Shown here: positions 7,704 through 15,966 of the stretch, in pieces
Numbering within the stretch: position 1 is the first letter of the stretch
How the letters are laid out: each line of letters begins with the position of its first letter
From: a virus
Lineage: Duplodnaviria > Heunggongvirae > Uroviricota > Caudoviricetes
Length of the DNA: 21,662 nucleotides
IMG/VR virus record: IMGVR_UViG_3300032308_002078
Span: 144,073 to 165,734 of that record
Strand: one strand, 5' to 3'
The notes under the pieces: generated by a model
Database searches by the model: none
What the model saw: only the letters and a program-made list of their open reading frames with translations
Told to the model about the DNA's origin: nothing
Made by a program: the position numbers and the translations under genes

Positions 7704-9565
7704 TGGGATTAATAAACCTAAAAACTGACCTTAAGTCCTTGCGATATGGGAATGACAGGATTGGAGGTGCTGATAGTGGGCAACCGTATATCACCACTGC
7801 TATTCCTGATAGGATAGGTCCTTACATAGGTACAACTGATTTTTTATTAAGAGGCGGAATTAATACTGTAAGAGACACAGCAGCTGATGTTCAGCGTTTA
7901 TCAAAAATGTTTAATGATACCAAATCACCCAATGGTATCTTATTTACAGCTAAACAACAATTATTATCTCGTACAGCTGTTCGTACACAAACAAGTGGTA
8001 TTTTAAATGAGGGTAGTTATTCACCTTTAAACACATTAGCTGAAGCGGGTGTAGTAGCTTTTGGTGGTCATTTAGTTAAACAAGGTTTAAACCCATTTGC
8101 TGATACAGGTGCTTATGCTAATAATGAAAATTTATATAGTGTTAGAGTAACACCCATAGCAACTAACCCTAAAACTGATGTTAACCGATTAATTAATTTA
8201 CTAGAAGCTAATATTGAACAACAACCAATAGTAAGAAACGGTATAACTCTTAATAATGGTATTAATGTATTAACATATACTGGAGGACCCGGTTCTATAT
8301 TAGGAGTAGGAAACACAGGTATAAGATATTCAAAAACATCAAAAACATTTTTATCCCAACCTAGTAAAAATTCTTCTTTTGCTAACAACACTTGGGTTTA
8401 TAATTCTACTTTAACTAATACTCCTTTTGAGTCTACCTTAACTTCATTTGATCCTGTTTCTTTTGATCCTTTTGGACCTTTTAGTTCTGCTTCTCCTCTT
8501 TCTGCTTTAATTCAACAACCTACTCAAAATTCTCCAAATAATGAGGGAGGTATTGCTTCTCCTAATATACAAGATTTTAGAAAATTATTAAGAAAACAAA
8601 CAGGTGATCTAAAACAAGATGGAAGAACATCAACTGAAAGTGGAGCCACACCTGAAGCCCCAGACTATACTATAAATAACTACGAAAAAAGAACTAACTT
8701 AGGATTTCCTGGTCAAAGAGCAGGTAAAAGTTATGCTAATTATGATAATGGAGTTAGATATATTAATGGAGGTACAGTTTATACACCAACAACAATCCCT
8801 GGATTAGGTTCATCTCCTTCAGGTTTAGACAGAATAAATTCTGTACCAATATATAGAAGTGAACAAGCTAGTACAGATTCTCAATTAACTGATTTAGTTG
8901 ATTTTAGAATAGCTATTATTGATAATAATGCTCCTACATTTAAAACATTTTTACATTTTAGAGCATTTTTAGGAGGAATGTCGGATGCTTATCAAGCAGA
9001 ATGGACACCGTTTAAATATTTAGGTAGAGGAGAAAATTTTTACACCTACAATGGTTTTACTAGACAAATGTCATTATCTTGGACAGTAGCAGCTCAATCA
9101 AAAGAAGAGCTTATTCCAATGTATAAAAAGTTAAACTACCTAGCATCTACTTTAGCTCCTGACTATAGTCCTCAAGGATATATGAGAGGTAATATAGCCC
9201 AATTAACAGTTGGAGGATATGTTTATGAACAACCAGGTATTATAACAGGTTTAACTTATGATATTCAAGAAGATTCACCTTGGGAAATAGGAATAAATAC
9301 TGCTGGAGGAATAGATGAGACAGTAAAACAACTACCTCATATAATAAGAGTATCCTCTTTTAATTTTATACCAATTCAAGATTTTATACCTTCTAAACAA
9401 TATCTTACATTTACTAATAATCAGGGTACTCAAGATACAAATGATGATTATGGATTTGCTAATGGATATGGAGCTCAAAGGTTTATATCTTTAGCAGATA
9501 TAGCTGATCCTTTAGCTTCAACTACTTATGGTACACCTGCTATACCTCAACCTAGAAATGCTTAA
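7703..9565 (+). CDS. Putative baseplate / tail-tube initiator protein
   Basis: 620 aa. The C-terminal FRAFL..MSDAY.AEW...YLGRGENFYTYNGFTR.MSLSW...LTVG...PGIITGLTY...SPWEI resembles tube-fold baseplate proteins (gp48/gp54-like). Located between TMP and LysM genes. Confidence 0.65.
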   Translation: MGLINLKTDLKSLRYGNDRIGGADSGQPYITTAIPDRIGPYIGTTDFLLRGGINTVRDTAADVQRLSKMFNDTKSPNGILFTAKQQLLSRTAVRTQTSGILNEGSYSPLNTLAEAGVVAFGGHLVKQGLNPFADTGAYANNENLYSVRVTPIATNPKTDVNRLINLLEANIEQQPIVRNGITLNNGINVLTYTGGPGSILGVGNTGIRYSKTSKTFLSQPSKNSSFANNTWVYNSTLTNTPFESTLTSFDPVSFDPFGPFSSASPLSALIQQPTQNSPNNEGGIASPNIQDFRKLLRKQTGDLKQDGRTSTESGATPEAPDYTINNYEKRTNLGFPGQRAGKSYANYDNGVRYINGGTVYTPTTIPGLGSSPSGLDRINSVPIYRSEQASTDSQLTDLVDFRIAIIDNNAPTFKTFLHFRAFLGGMSDAYQAEWTPFKYLGRGENFYTYNGFTRQMSLSWTVAAQSKEELIPMYKKLNYLASTLAPDYSPQGYMRGNIAQLTVGGYVYEQPGIITGLTYDIQEDSPWEIGINTAGGIDETVKQLPHIIRVSSFNFIPIQDFIPSKQYLTFTNNQGTQDTNDDYGFANGYGAQRFISLADIADPLASTTYGTPAIPQPRNA

Positions 9566-9567
9566 AA

Positions 9568-9867
9568 ATGAATAGATATCAAAATATACCTAAAACTAAA
9601 ATTGATAAAAAATTAGTATATGTTACTTCTCGTTATCCTGAAGTACCTATTACTTCTGATGATATCTATGTTTATAGTGTTCAAGGGGATAGATTTGATG
9701 TTTTAGCTCAACAATACTATAAAAATAGTTCTTTATGGTGGGTTATATCTATAGCAAACACAGACCAATTACCTCAAAATTCTTTAGTTATACCTGAAGG
9801 ATTACAAATTAGAATACCTGCTTTTTACGCTGGAATAATAAGTGCTTTTAATATAATAAATTCTTAA
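9568..9867 (+). CDS. LysM-domain baseplate protein (P2 gpX / T4 gp53-like)
   Basis: YSVQGDRFDVLAQQYYKNSSLWWVISIAN...IPEGLQIRIP is a typical phage baseplate LysM signature. Confidence 0.85.
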   Translation: MNRYQNIPKTKIDKKLVYVTSRYPEVPITSDDIYVYSVQGDRFDVLAQQYYKNSSLWWVISIANTDQLPQNSLVIPEGLQIRIPAFYAGIISAFNIINS

Positions 9868-9869
9868 TT

Positions 9870-12752
9870 ATGTCAAATATAATAGGGGAGGGTTTTGATC
9901 CATTTGTTAATGAACAAATTAACACAAGACAAAGAATCTTAGGTTCTGTTAATAAATCTCCTGAACAAATTGTTTGGGAAAATAGTAAAACAAGCTTTAT
10001 TAAACTAGTATCATCAGCTGACTTAATAAACCTTACTAGTAGTTTTGATGGTGGATTTACAGAAGGAAAACAGTTAGCAGAAAAATATGTTTTATTTAAT
10101 GGTGTAACTAATGAAATTCCAAGCACTAATCGCGGAATTGAAACCTTTCAAAGATCAGGTATAGATACAAGAAATGTAGCTGTTAATAGGGGTGCTTATG
10201 GTTTAGGAGGTACTGAATGGGGTCTTCAACCTATGCCTGGTATTATATCAGCTGATATTAAAAGTGAAACTATGGGTTCTTTAAGAACTGGTACTGTTCA
10301 AATTAAAGCAAATAATAAAAGTCAATTTGATATAATTAGTACTTTATATTTAAGAATAGGTTATACAATGCTTTTAGAGTGGGGTAACACTTCATACTTT
10401 AATAATGATGGAGTTTATATAACAGATAATATAACTAGTTTAGCTGATTCTTTTTTAAGCAAAAGATATAACTTTAAGGATATAAAAGATGAAGTAGGTG
10501 CTGATGTAACATATAATAATTTATTAACAGCTGTATCTATTCAACAAAAAATTTCTAACGGTAATTATGATGCTTTAATAGGTAAAGTAGTAAATTATAG
10601 TTGGGTATTTAATAGAGACGGTTCTTATACTATAACAATAATATTAAGAAGTGCAGGAGATGTTATTGAAGCTTTAAAAACAAATATTCTTCTTCCTGGA
10701 GCTCTTCCCGCCACTACTACTACAACAGAAAATACTCCTAGTACCTCAAAAACAGCGGAAGAAACTATAATAGCATTTGCTCAAAGTAGTACTATAGGAG
10801 CTAAATTTGCTGAAATTCAAAAACTAATTCCTTCTGATGGTTATTTTAATAAGTCTATAGGGGGGTTAAATGTATATCCTTTAAAAACAGAATCATCTAC
10901 TGTTGATTACTTCTCTCAAAAATATAACTCTGGACAAACTCAATACTTTGTTAGGTTTGGTACCTTTTTAAAGTTACTAGAAGATACAGCAATTCCTGTA
11001 ATAGAAAACGGAAAGGAAAAAATAATAAAAGTAGGAGATATAAATAGTGAAAAAATATTAATCTATTCCCCTCCTAGACAAGTCCCTTCAGATCCTAGAA
11101 TATGTGCTTTTAAAAAAGAAACAGAATCAGGAACTATTTATCCTGGTATTTCTGATTTTATATTTAAGCAAGGTGAAAACCAATATGGAAAACTAATGTT
11201 TTGTTATTTTAATATGGTTTTTATATTGCAATTATTAGAAGATTTAAAAGATAAAGATGGCAGAGTTTCTATTGTTTCTTTACTAAATAGTTTAATGAAT
11301 GGTTTTTGTAAAGCAACAGGTAATTTTAATAGTATTACTCCTAAAATAGATTATAATACTAATACTATAATTTTTATAGATAAAACTGCTTTACCTGATA
11401 GAGAATCTTTAATTATAAATAAAAAGTCAACTAAATTTAATGTTTATGGCTTAGAAACTATGTCAGGGTCAATAGTAGGAGGAAGTTTTATTAGAGATAT
11501 GCAACTTAAAACAGAAATAACTCCTGATTTAGCTAATATGATTACTATAGGAGCTACATCTGCTGGTTATGTTACAGGAACAGATGCTATTGCTATTTCA
11601 AATTTAACTAAAGGAACACAAGATAGAATTAAACCAATTATATCTAGCCCAACATCAACTAAATTAAGTAATGAAAAAGAAAATAAAGAAATTGTAGATA
11701 CTTATCAAGAAGCTGTTGATGCTTTTTATACCTTTTTATCTACAATAACTGTTTCAACTTCTAATACTGGTCCTAGTGAAGTTTTACCTACATGGAATGA
11801 AGATGCTTTTACTAATTTTACAAGTACACAAAGACAACTTTTAGAATATGATCAAAAACAATCTACTACTTCCGCTAGAAATATAGATAATCCTTACGCC
11901 GCATCTCCTAATAGTGGATTCTTACCTTTTAACTTAACCCTAACTATGGATGGATTATCAGGTATGAAAATTTATAACAAATTCTTTATTGATTCTAAAT
12001 TCTTACCAGAAAATTATCCTGATTCTATGGAGTTTGTTATTATGAATGTATCTCATTCTATTCAAAATAATATTTGGGTAACAGTTATTACATCAGTCGC
12101 TATTCCTAGATATCCAATAGGTACAAAATATGTTAAACCTTCTTTAACACAAAAATCAAGAAGACAAGAACCAATTCAATCCCCCTTACCTTATACTAAT
12201 GATCCTAAACTTTCTGATATTAGAAATGCTATAGTAAGAATAGCTAGATCTTATGTAGGGCAAATAGCTTTAGATGGTGATAAAGGATTCGCTAACGCTG
12301 ATTTCCAATCTAAAATGCAATCTGTAGGATGGGGAAGTGGTAATGCTTGGTGTAATTATTTTGCTGATTTAGTATGGAAAGAAGCATACCAAGAAGTAGG
12401 AGCTAAAGACGCTAAAATTCAAAGCATCTTCCAAAATACTTTTAAAAGTTTTAATCCTAATAACATGCCTTTAACAGGGCATTGTCCTACAACCTTTGCT
12501 AACATGAGAAAATTAGGTTATGCCGAAGTTTATATACCTGGAAAAACTATAATTAAACCAGGTGATATGGTTTTTTATAACTGTAGTCATATTTCAATAG
12601 CAGGAGTGACAGATAATAAGGGGTTTGAATCTATAGATGGTAATTATGGAGTAAATCAAGGGGGTAGTGTTAGAAATCAAGCTAAAAGAACTGAAGCTTA
12701 TGCTAAAAAATATTTAAATGGTATTGGTGGAATAATTAGAGTAGTTGAATAA
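9870..12752 (+). CDS. Baseplate hub-like protein with C-terminal CHAP peptidoglycan hydrolase domain
   Basis: 960 aa after the LysM gene. Hub-like segments PMPGIIS, LYLRIGYTMLLEWG, NYDALIGKVVNYSW and LTMDGLSGMKIY...F...VSHSI...W.T. C-terminal AWC (Cys828), PGDMVFY..SHI (His907) and SIDGN fit CHAP. Confidence 0.75.
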   Translation: MSNIIGEGFDPFVNEQINTRQRILGSVNKSPEQIVWENSKTSFIKLVSSADLINLTSSFDGGFTEGKQLAEKYVLFNGVTNEIPSTNRGIETFQRSGIDTRNVAVNRGAYGLGGTEWGLQPMPGIISADIKSETMGSLRTGTVQIKANNKSQFDIISTLYLRIGYTMLLEWGNTSYFNNDGVYITDNITSLADSFLSKRYNFKDIKDEVGADVTYNNLLTAVSIQQKISNGNYDALIGKVVNYSWVFNRDGSYTITIILRSAGDVIEALKTNILLPGALPATTTTTENTPSTSKTAEETIIAFAQSSTIGAKFAEIQKLIPSDGYFNKSIGGLNVYPLKTESSTVDYFSQKYNSGQTQYFVRFGTFLKLLEDTAIPVIENGKEKIIKVGDINSEKILIYSPPRQVPSDPRICAFKKETESGTIYPGISDFIFKQGENQYGKLMFCYFNMVFILQLLEDLKDKDGRVSIVSLLNSLMNGFCKATGNFNSITPKIDYNTNTIIFIDKTALPDRESLIINKKSTKFNVYGLETMSGSIVGGSFIRDMQLKTEITPDLANMITIGATSAGYVTGTDAIAISNLTKGTQDRIKPIISSPTSTKLSNEKENKEIVDTYQEAVDAFYTFLSTITVSTSNTGPSEVLPTWNEDAFTNFTSTQRQLLEYDQKQSTTSARNIDNPYAASPNSGFLPFNLTLTMDGLSGMKIYNKFFIDSKFLPENYPDSMEFVIMNVSHSIQNNIWVTVITSVAIPRYPIGTKYVKPSLTQKSRRQEPIQSPLPYTNDPKLSDIRNAIVRIARSYVGQIALDGDKGFANADFQSKMQSVGWGSGNAWCNYFADLVWKEAYQEVGAKDAKIQSIFQNTFKSFNPNNMPLTGHCPTTFANMRKLGYAEVYIPGKTIIKPGDMVFYNCSHISIAGVTDNKGFESIDGNYGVNQGGSVRNQAKRTEAYAKKYLNGIGGIIRVVE

Positions 12753-12766
12753 TAATTATAAAAAAT

Positions 12767-13399
12767 ATGGCTTATTATCCTTTATCCCAAATAACTACTA
12801 ACCTATATACTAATGGGTTTGAACTTTATGATAAGTCAACAGGTGAATCTTATATTGGATATTACTATAAATTATCTAATGGAAAATATTTTTCGGGTAA
12901 AACACCTCAAGATTTACCTAACATTGAATTAACATTAGAAACACCTACATTATATCCTTCTAAAAACACATTCAACACACCTCCCGGATATTCTATTAGT
13001 ACTAATGAAGGATTTGCTAATTTTTCATACCCAAATGATTTTAACTATAGAGAATATCCAAAATATAATCCATCCGTTAAATTCTTACCTTATTATAACC
13101 CAACACAACCTACTCAACAAGATTATCAAAACGGAGTATTCCAAAGATATTTCTGTAAGAAAACAAATGAGGTTCAATATATTGAAATAAATAAAAATAC
13201 ATTTGATCAATTAGTTTTAAAAGATCCTAATATTCAATGGTCATTATATTTTCCATTTTACTTAGATTGGCAACTAACAGGTACTGAAGAACAAGTAGCG
13301 ACAGTGAATAAGAAAAATACTGAGCTAACTTCATCACGTTTAAAACTCCCTAGATTATCTGATTACTTAAAATTCGATTGGACCAAATATTATCAATAA
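12767..13399 (+). CDS. Hypothetical Tyr-rich protein, last gene of the baseplate run
   Basis: 210 aa ORF with an A-rich leader; YTNG.E...YIGYY...YFSGKTP and PTQQDYQNG.FQRYF. Function not assigned. Confidence 0.7.
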   Translation: MAYYPLSQITTNLYTNGFELYDKSTGESYIGYYYKLSNGKYFSGKTPQDLPNIELTLETPTLYPSKNTFNTPPGYSISTNEGFANFSYPNDFNYREYPKYNPSVKFLPYYNPTQPTQQDYQNGVFQRYFCKKTNEVQYIEINKNTFDQLVLKDPNIQWSLYFPFYLDWQLTGTEEQVATVNKKNTELTSSRLKLPRLSDYLKFDWTKYYQ

Positions 13400-13400
13400 G

Positions 13401-13430
13401 TTTGGCCTCATAATCTTATGATGTTATATT
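13401..13430 (+). promoter_or_regulatory. Putative early/middle promoter, Bacteroidota-like (TTTGG-N19-TATATT)
   Basis: TTGG 13402-13405 and TATATT 13425-13430. Same 19-nt spacing at 15910 and 17924. Resembles the Bacteroidota -33 TTTG / -7 TAnnTTTG promoter. Confidence 0.65.
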
Positions 13431-13447
13431 AATAACAAATAAAGGTT

Positions 13448-14737
13448 ATGTTTTGGATAATAGACACAGATGAAGCACTAGAGTATTTAGTTCATAAGAC
13501 GATACAAGAGGCATTCATTGAAATTATTCCTTATCATGATAATATTCACCCCGCGTTAAACGGTTTATCTTTAGTGTATATTAGGCCGTTTAACGACACA
13601 AAGGGCTATATGTTATGTATTGACCATAGTGAGACATTTTCGCTTAATAAGACAACTATAGACGGTTTATTACGTAAGATAGGTAAGGTATGGGTACGTG
13701 ATAAGAAGACAGCATTATATTATTTTCAAATTAAAGGCTTGCTTGACCTTTCCATACTCAACCCTACGTATATACAATCGGATACTGCGGCCCATAATCA
13801 TTTTTATAACTACCAAAAGAATTATCCAAAGGTCAATAAACTAATACCACTAAGCAAGCACTACGAAAAATGTGAGCATATTTATAATCAAGTTCGTAGT
13901 GTAGTACCAAAGGAATTACCACCATATTTTGATTTTTACAACAATAAGGTAGTATTAGCATTTTTTGGTATAGAAAAAAACGGATTAAAAATAAACAAAT
14001 ATGAATTTGATAAACACTATGAACTCAATAATGAATGTTATTCAATTAATGATGACCGAATCTACACAAGCTACAATTTGGCTACAACAACACGTAGACC
14101 AAGTAACTCTTTTAATGGTGTTAATTTCGCAGCAATAAACAAAGAAAATGGCTCAAGGAGAAGCTTCATATCGAGTCATGGGTTTGTTGAGTTCGATATT
14201 AGTGCATACCATCCTAATATTGTCGGTCGCTTGCTTGCCTACGATTTTGGCGATGTGGATGTTCACCAAGCCTTCGCAAACCTCTACGGTACGAGTTATA
14301 AAGAAGCAAAAGAGCTTACGTTTAAACAATTATACGGAGGCGTATTTAAAGAGTATAAGCACCTTGAATTTTTTCAACAAGTAAAAGAATTTGTAACAAC
14401 AAATTGGGAAACATTTAATAACACAGGACAAGTCACTATACCAATTTCAGGTTATTGTCTTAAAAAAAGTGAGCTGGAAAATATGAATCCACAAAAACTT
14501 TTTAACTACATGTTGCAGAATGTAGAGAGTGCTATGAACACTTATATATTGATGGACATGCATAAGTTGTTGAAGGGTAGGAAAACTAAGATTGTGCTTT
14601 ACACTTATGATAGTTTCTTATTTGAGCTAGGTGAAGGGGAAGAGAGCATAGAAAATGAAATAAAACAAATATTTGATAAATATAAATTACAAACAAAAAC
14701 AAGTTATGGAAAAACATATGATTTTACAGGAGAATGA
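13448..14737 (+). CDS. Divergent, compact family-A (PolA-fold) nucleotide polymerase
   Basis: IEKNG, TTTRRPSN (cf. TGRLSS), motif A FVEFDISAYHP (Asp250), DVH, motif B AKELTFKQLYG (Lys288, Phe292, Tyr296), NYMLQ, motif C LYTYDSFLFE (Asp388). The N-terminal region looks like a degenerate 3'-5' exonuclease-like domain. Confidence 0.85.
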   Translation: MFWIIDTDEALEYLVHKTIQEAFIEIIPYHDNIHPALNGLSLVYIRPFNDTKGYMLCIDHSETFSLNKTTIDGLLRKIGKVWVRDKKTALYYFQIKGLLDLSILNPTYIQSDTAAHNHFYNYQKNYPKVNKLIPLSKHYEKCEHIYNQVRSVVPKELPPYFDFYNNKVVLAFFGIEKNGLKINKYEFDKHYELNNECYSINDDRIYTSYNLATTTRRPSNSFNGVNFAAINKENGSRRSFISSHGFVEFDISAYHPNIVGRLLAYDFGDVDVHQAFANLYGTSYKEAKELTFKQLYGGVFKEYKHLEFFQQVKEFVTTNWETFNNTGQVTIPISGYCLKKSELENMNPQKLFNYMLQNVESAMNTYILMDMHKLLKGRKTKIVLYTYDSFLFELGEGEESIENEIKQIFDKYKLQTKTSYGKTYDFTGE

Positions 14738-14741
14738 CTAT

Positions 14742-15170
14742 ATGTATGAGGGATACGATTTTGAACCCTTTAATACAATAGATTTGAATAATAAACTGTT
14801 TTGCACTTTTACGCCCTTAGAAAACTTGGAAAGTTTAATAAGCGAATTAACAAGGGCATATACTATAATGTATAATAAAATGTTTGTGCTTTATGTTAAA
14901 AGCACAGATGAATATGTTGTCACATATAATGTTGAACAAGGCAATGTAGAAGGTATTCCAATGAACACTATTTTGGTTCATAGGAAAAAAGAGACAAATA
15001 CCTTATATACAATTAATGCTTTAAATGATTTGATTAAAAAATTGAACGGTGGTGTGGTTGATCCATCTTACCGTGTAAATTGGCAACACTATAAAAATTG
15101 TATTTTGTTAACCAACCATAACGAGTTGAAACAATTGAATACAAAAGTTTATAAGATTGTTGAGCTTTAA
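14742..15170 (+). CDS. Hypothetical protein adjacent to the PolA-like gene (start uncertain: 14673, ATG 14742 or TTG 14784)
   Basis: Open frame with conserved-looking NNKLFCTFT and ILVHRKKETNTLYTINALN segments. The listed 14673 start overlaps the upstream gene by 65 nt; ATG 14742 lies 4 nt after its stop. Confidence 0.7.
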   Translation: MYEGYDFEPFNTIDLNNKLFCTFTPLENLESLISELTRAYTIMYNKMFVLYVKSTDEYVVTYNVEQGNVEGIPMNTILVHRKKETNTLYTINALNDLIKKLNGGVVDPSYRVNWQHYKNCILLTNHNELKQLNTKVYKIVEL

Positions 15171-15180
15171 ATATTTATAA
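15170..15180 (+). promoter_or_regulatory. Putative late-promoter motif AATATTTATAA
   Basis: Exact copy 4 nt before ATG 15185, inside the replication module. Confidence 0.65.
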
Positions 15181-15184
15181 TCAC

Positions 15185-15871
15185 ATGAGAAAAGCAGATA
15201 ATTTTGATCCTAGTAAGTGGTTAATAGAAAATAAAATCACTACTCAATCTAGATTAAATGAAAATAAACTCTCTTACAGAGACCTAAAACCAGGTAATGT
15301 TTATCGTTATGATATTGAAATACAACAAGGTCCTATGGAAGGTGAAAAATTTACCGCAGATGAAGAATTTATTGGAAATGATGGTTATAATTTAATATTT
15401 AAAATAACCAAAATATACACTCCAGAAACAGCAAAGTATTTAGGTAAAAAAATAGGAGATACAAGCAGAACAGGAGAAGGAGCTATTTCTAGAGATTATT
15501 CTGAAATAAAATTAGAAAACAAGTTAACACCTGCTTCTCAAAAAGTAAATGAGGATTCAATGTCTAATTTTGAAATAGGAGATAAGTTTAAAATAACCAA
15601 ATCCCCAGACTCTAAAATAATGCAATACTTAAAAAGTGCAGTTTCTGCATTTTATGATAGAAAAATTCAACCACAAGTTGGAGATGTTTTTGAAGTATTA
15701 CCTAATGAATTTAAAGAATTTGAGGGTAAAGAATACACTTTAAAAAATATAAATAGGCCAGAAGAATTTATAAAAGCGTTAGGACCAATCGCCGACGAAG
15801 CTATAGTCTCTATGCCTAAAAAATGGGTTGATGCTTTGTATTCTAAAGGATATTTTACAAAAGTAAATTAA
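15185..15871 (+). CDS. Hypothetical two-domain protein, candidate internal head protein
   Basis: 228 aa. Leader MRKADNFDPSKWLIENKITTQSRLNE, a related linker LENKLTPASQKVNE, and two small beta-barrel-like units (LKPGNVYRY...; FEIGDKFKI...VGDVFEV). Confidence 0.65.
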   Translation: MRKADNFDPSKWLIENKITTQSRLNENKLSYRDLKPGNVYRYDIEIQQGPMEGEKFTADEEFIGNDGYNLIFKITKIYTPETAKYLGKKIGDTSRTGEGAISRDYSEIKLENKLTPASQKVNEDSMSNFEIGDKFKITKSPDSKIMQYLKSAVSAFYDRKIQPQVGDVFEVLPNEFKEFEGKEYTLKNINRPEEFIKALGPIADEAIVSMPKKWVDALYSKGYFTKVN

Positions 15872-15880
15872 AAATAATAA

Positions 15881-15901
15881 GAGCCCTTCAAAAGAGGGCT
15901 C
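15881..15901. terminator. GC-rich hairpin, possible terminator
   Basis: GAGCCCT-TCAAAAG-AGGGCTC, 9 nt after stop 15871. The + strand lacks a good U tract; the upstream A-rich tract would supply one on the - strand. Confidence 0.55.
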
Positions 15902-15909
15902 AACTTAAC

Positions 15910-15939
15910 TTGGTTATACAATACCTCGTTCTTATATTT
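15910..15939 (+). promoter_or_regulatory. Putative early/middle promoter (TTGG-N19-TATATTT)
   Basis: TTGG 15910-15913 and TATATT 15933-15938, upstream of the SSB gene. Confidence 0.65.
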
Positions 15940-15966
15940 CCGACATTAAACAAATAAATAAAAATC

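Noticed and set aside
1747-12752. Bacterial contractile injection system or tailocin instead of a phage
   Set aside because: The tail genes are contiguous with a phage-type SSB, recombinase, exonuclease, helicase and RNR module, and no host housekeeping genes are present.
12751-12761. AATAATTATAA before 12767 (and TATATTTAAAA at 1421-1431) as further late motifs
   Set aside because: They mismatch the core in short, almost pure A/T spacers and cannot be told from background.
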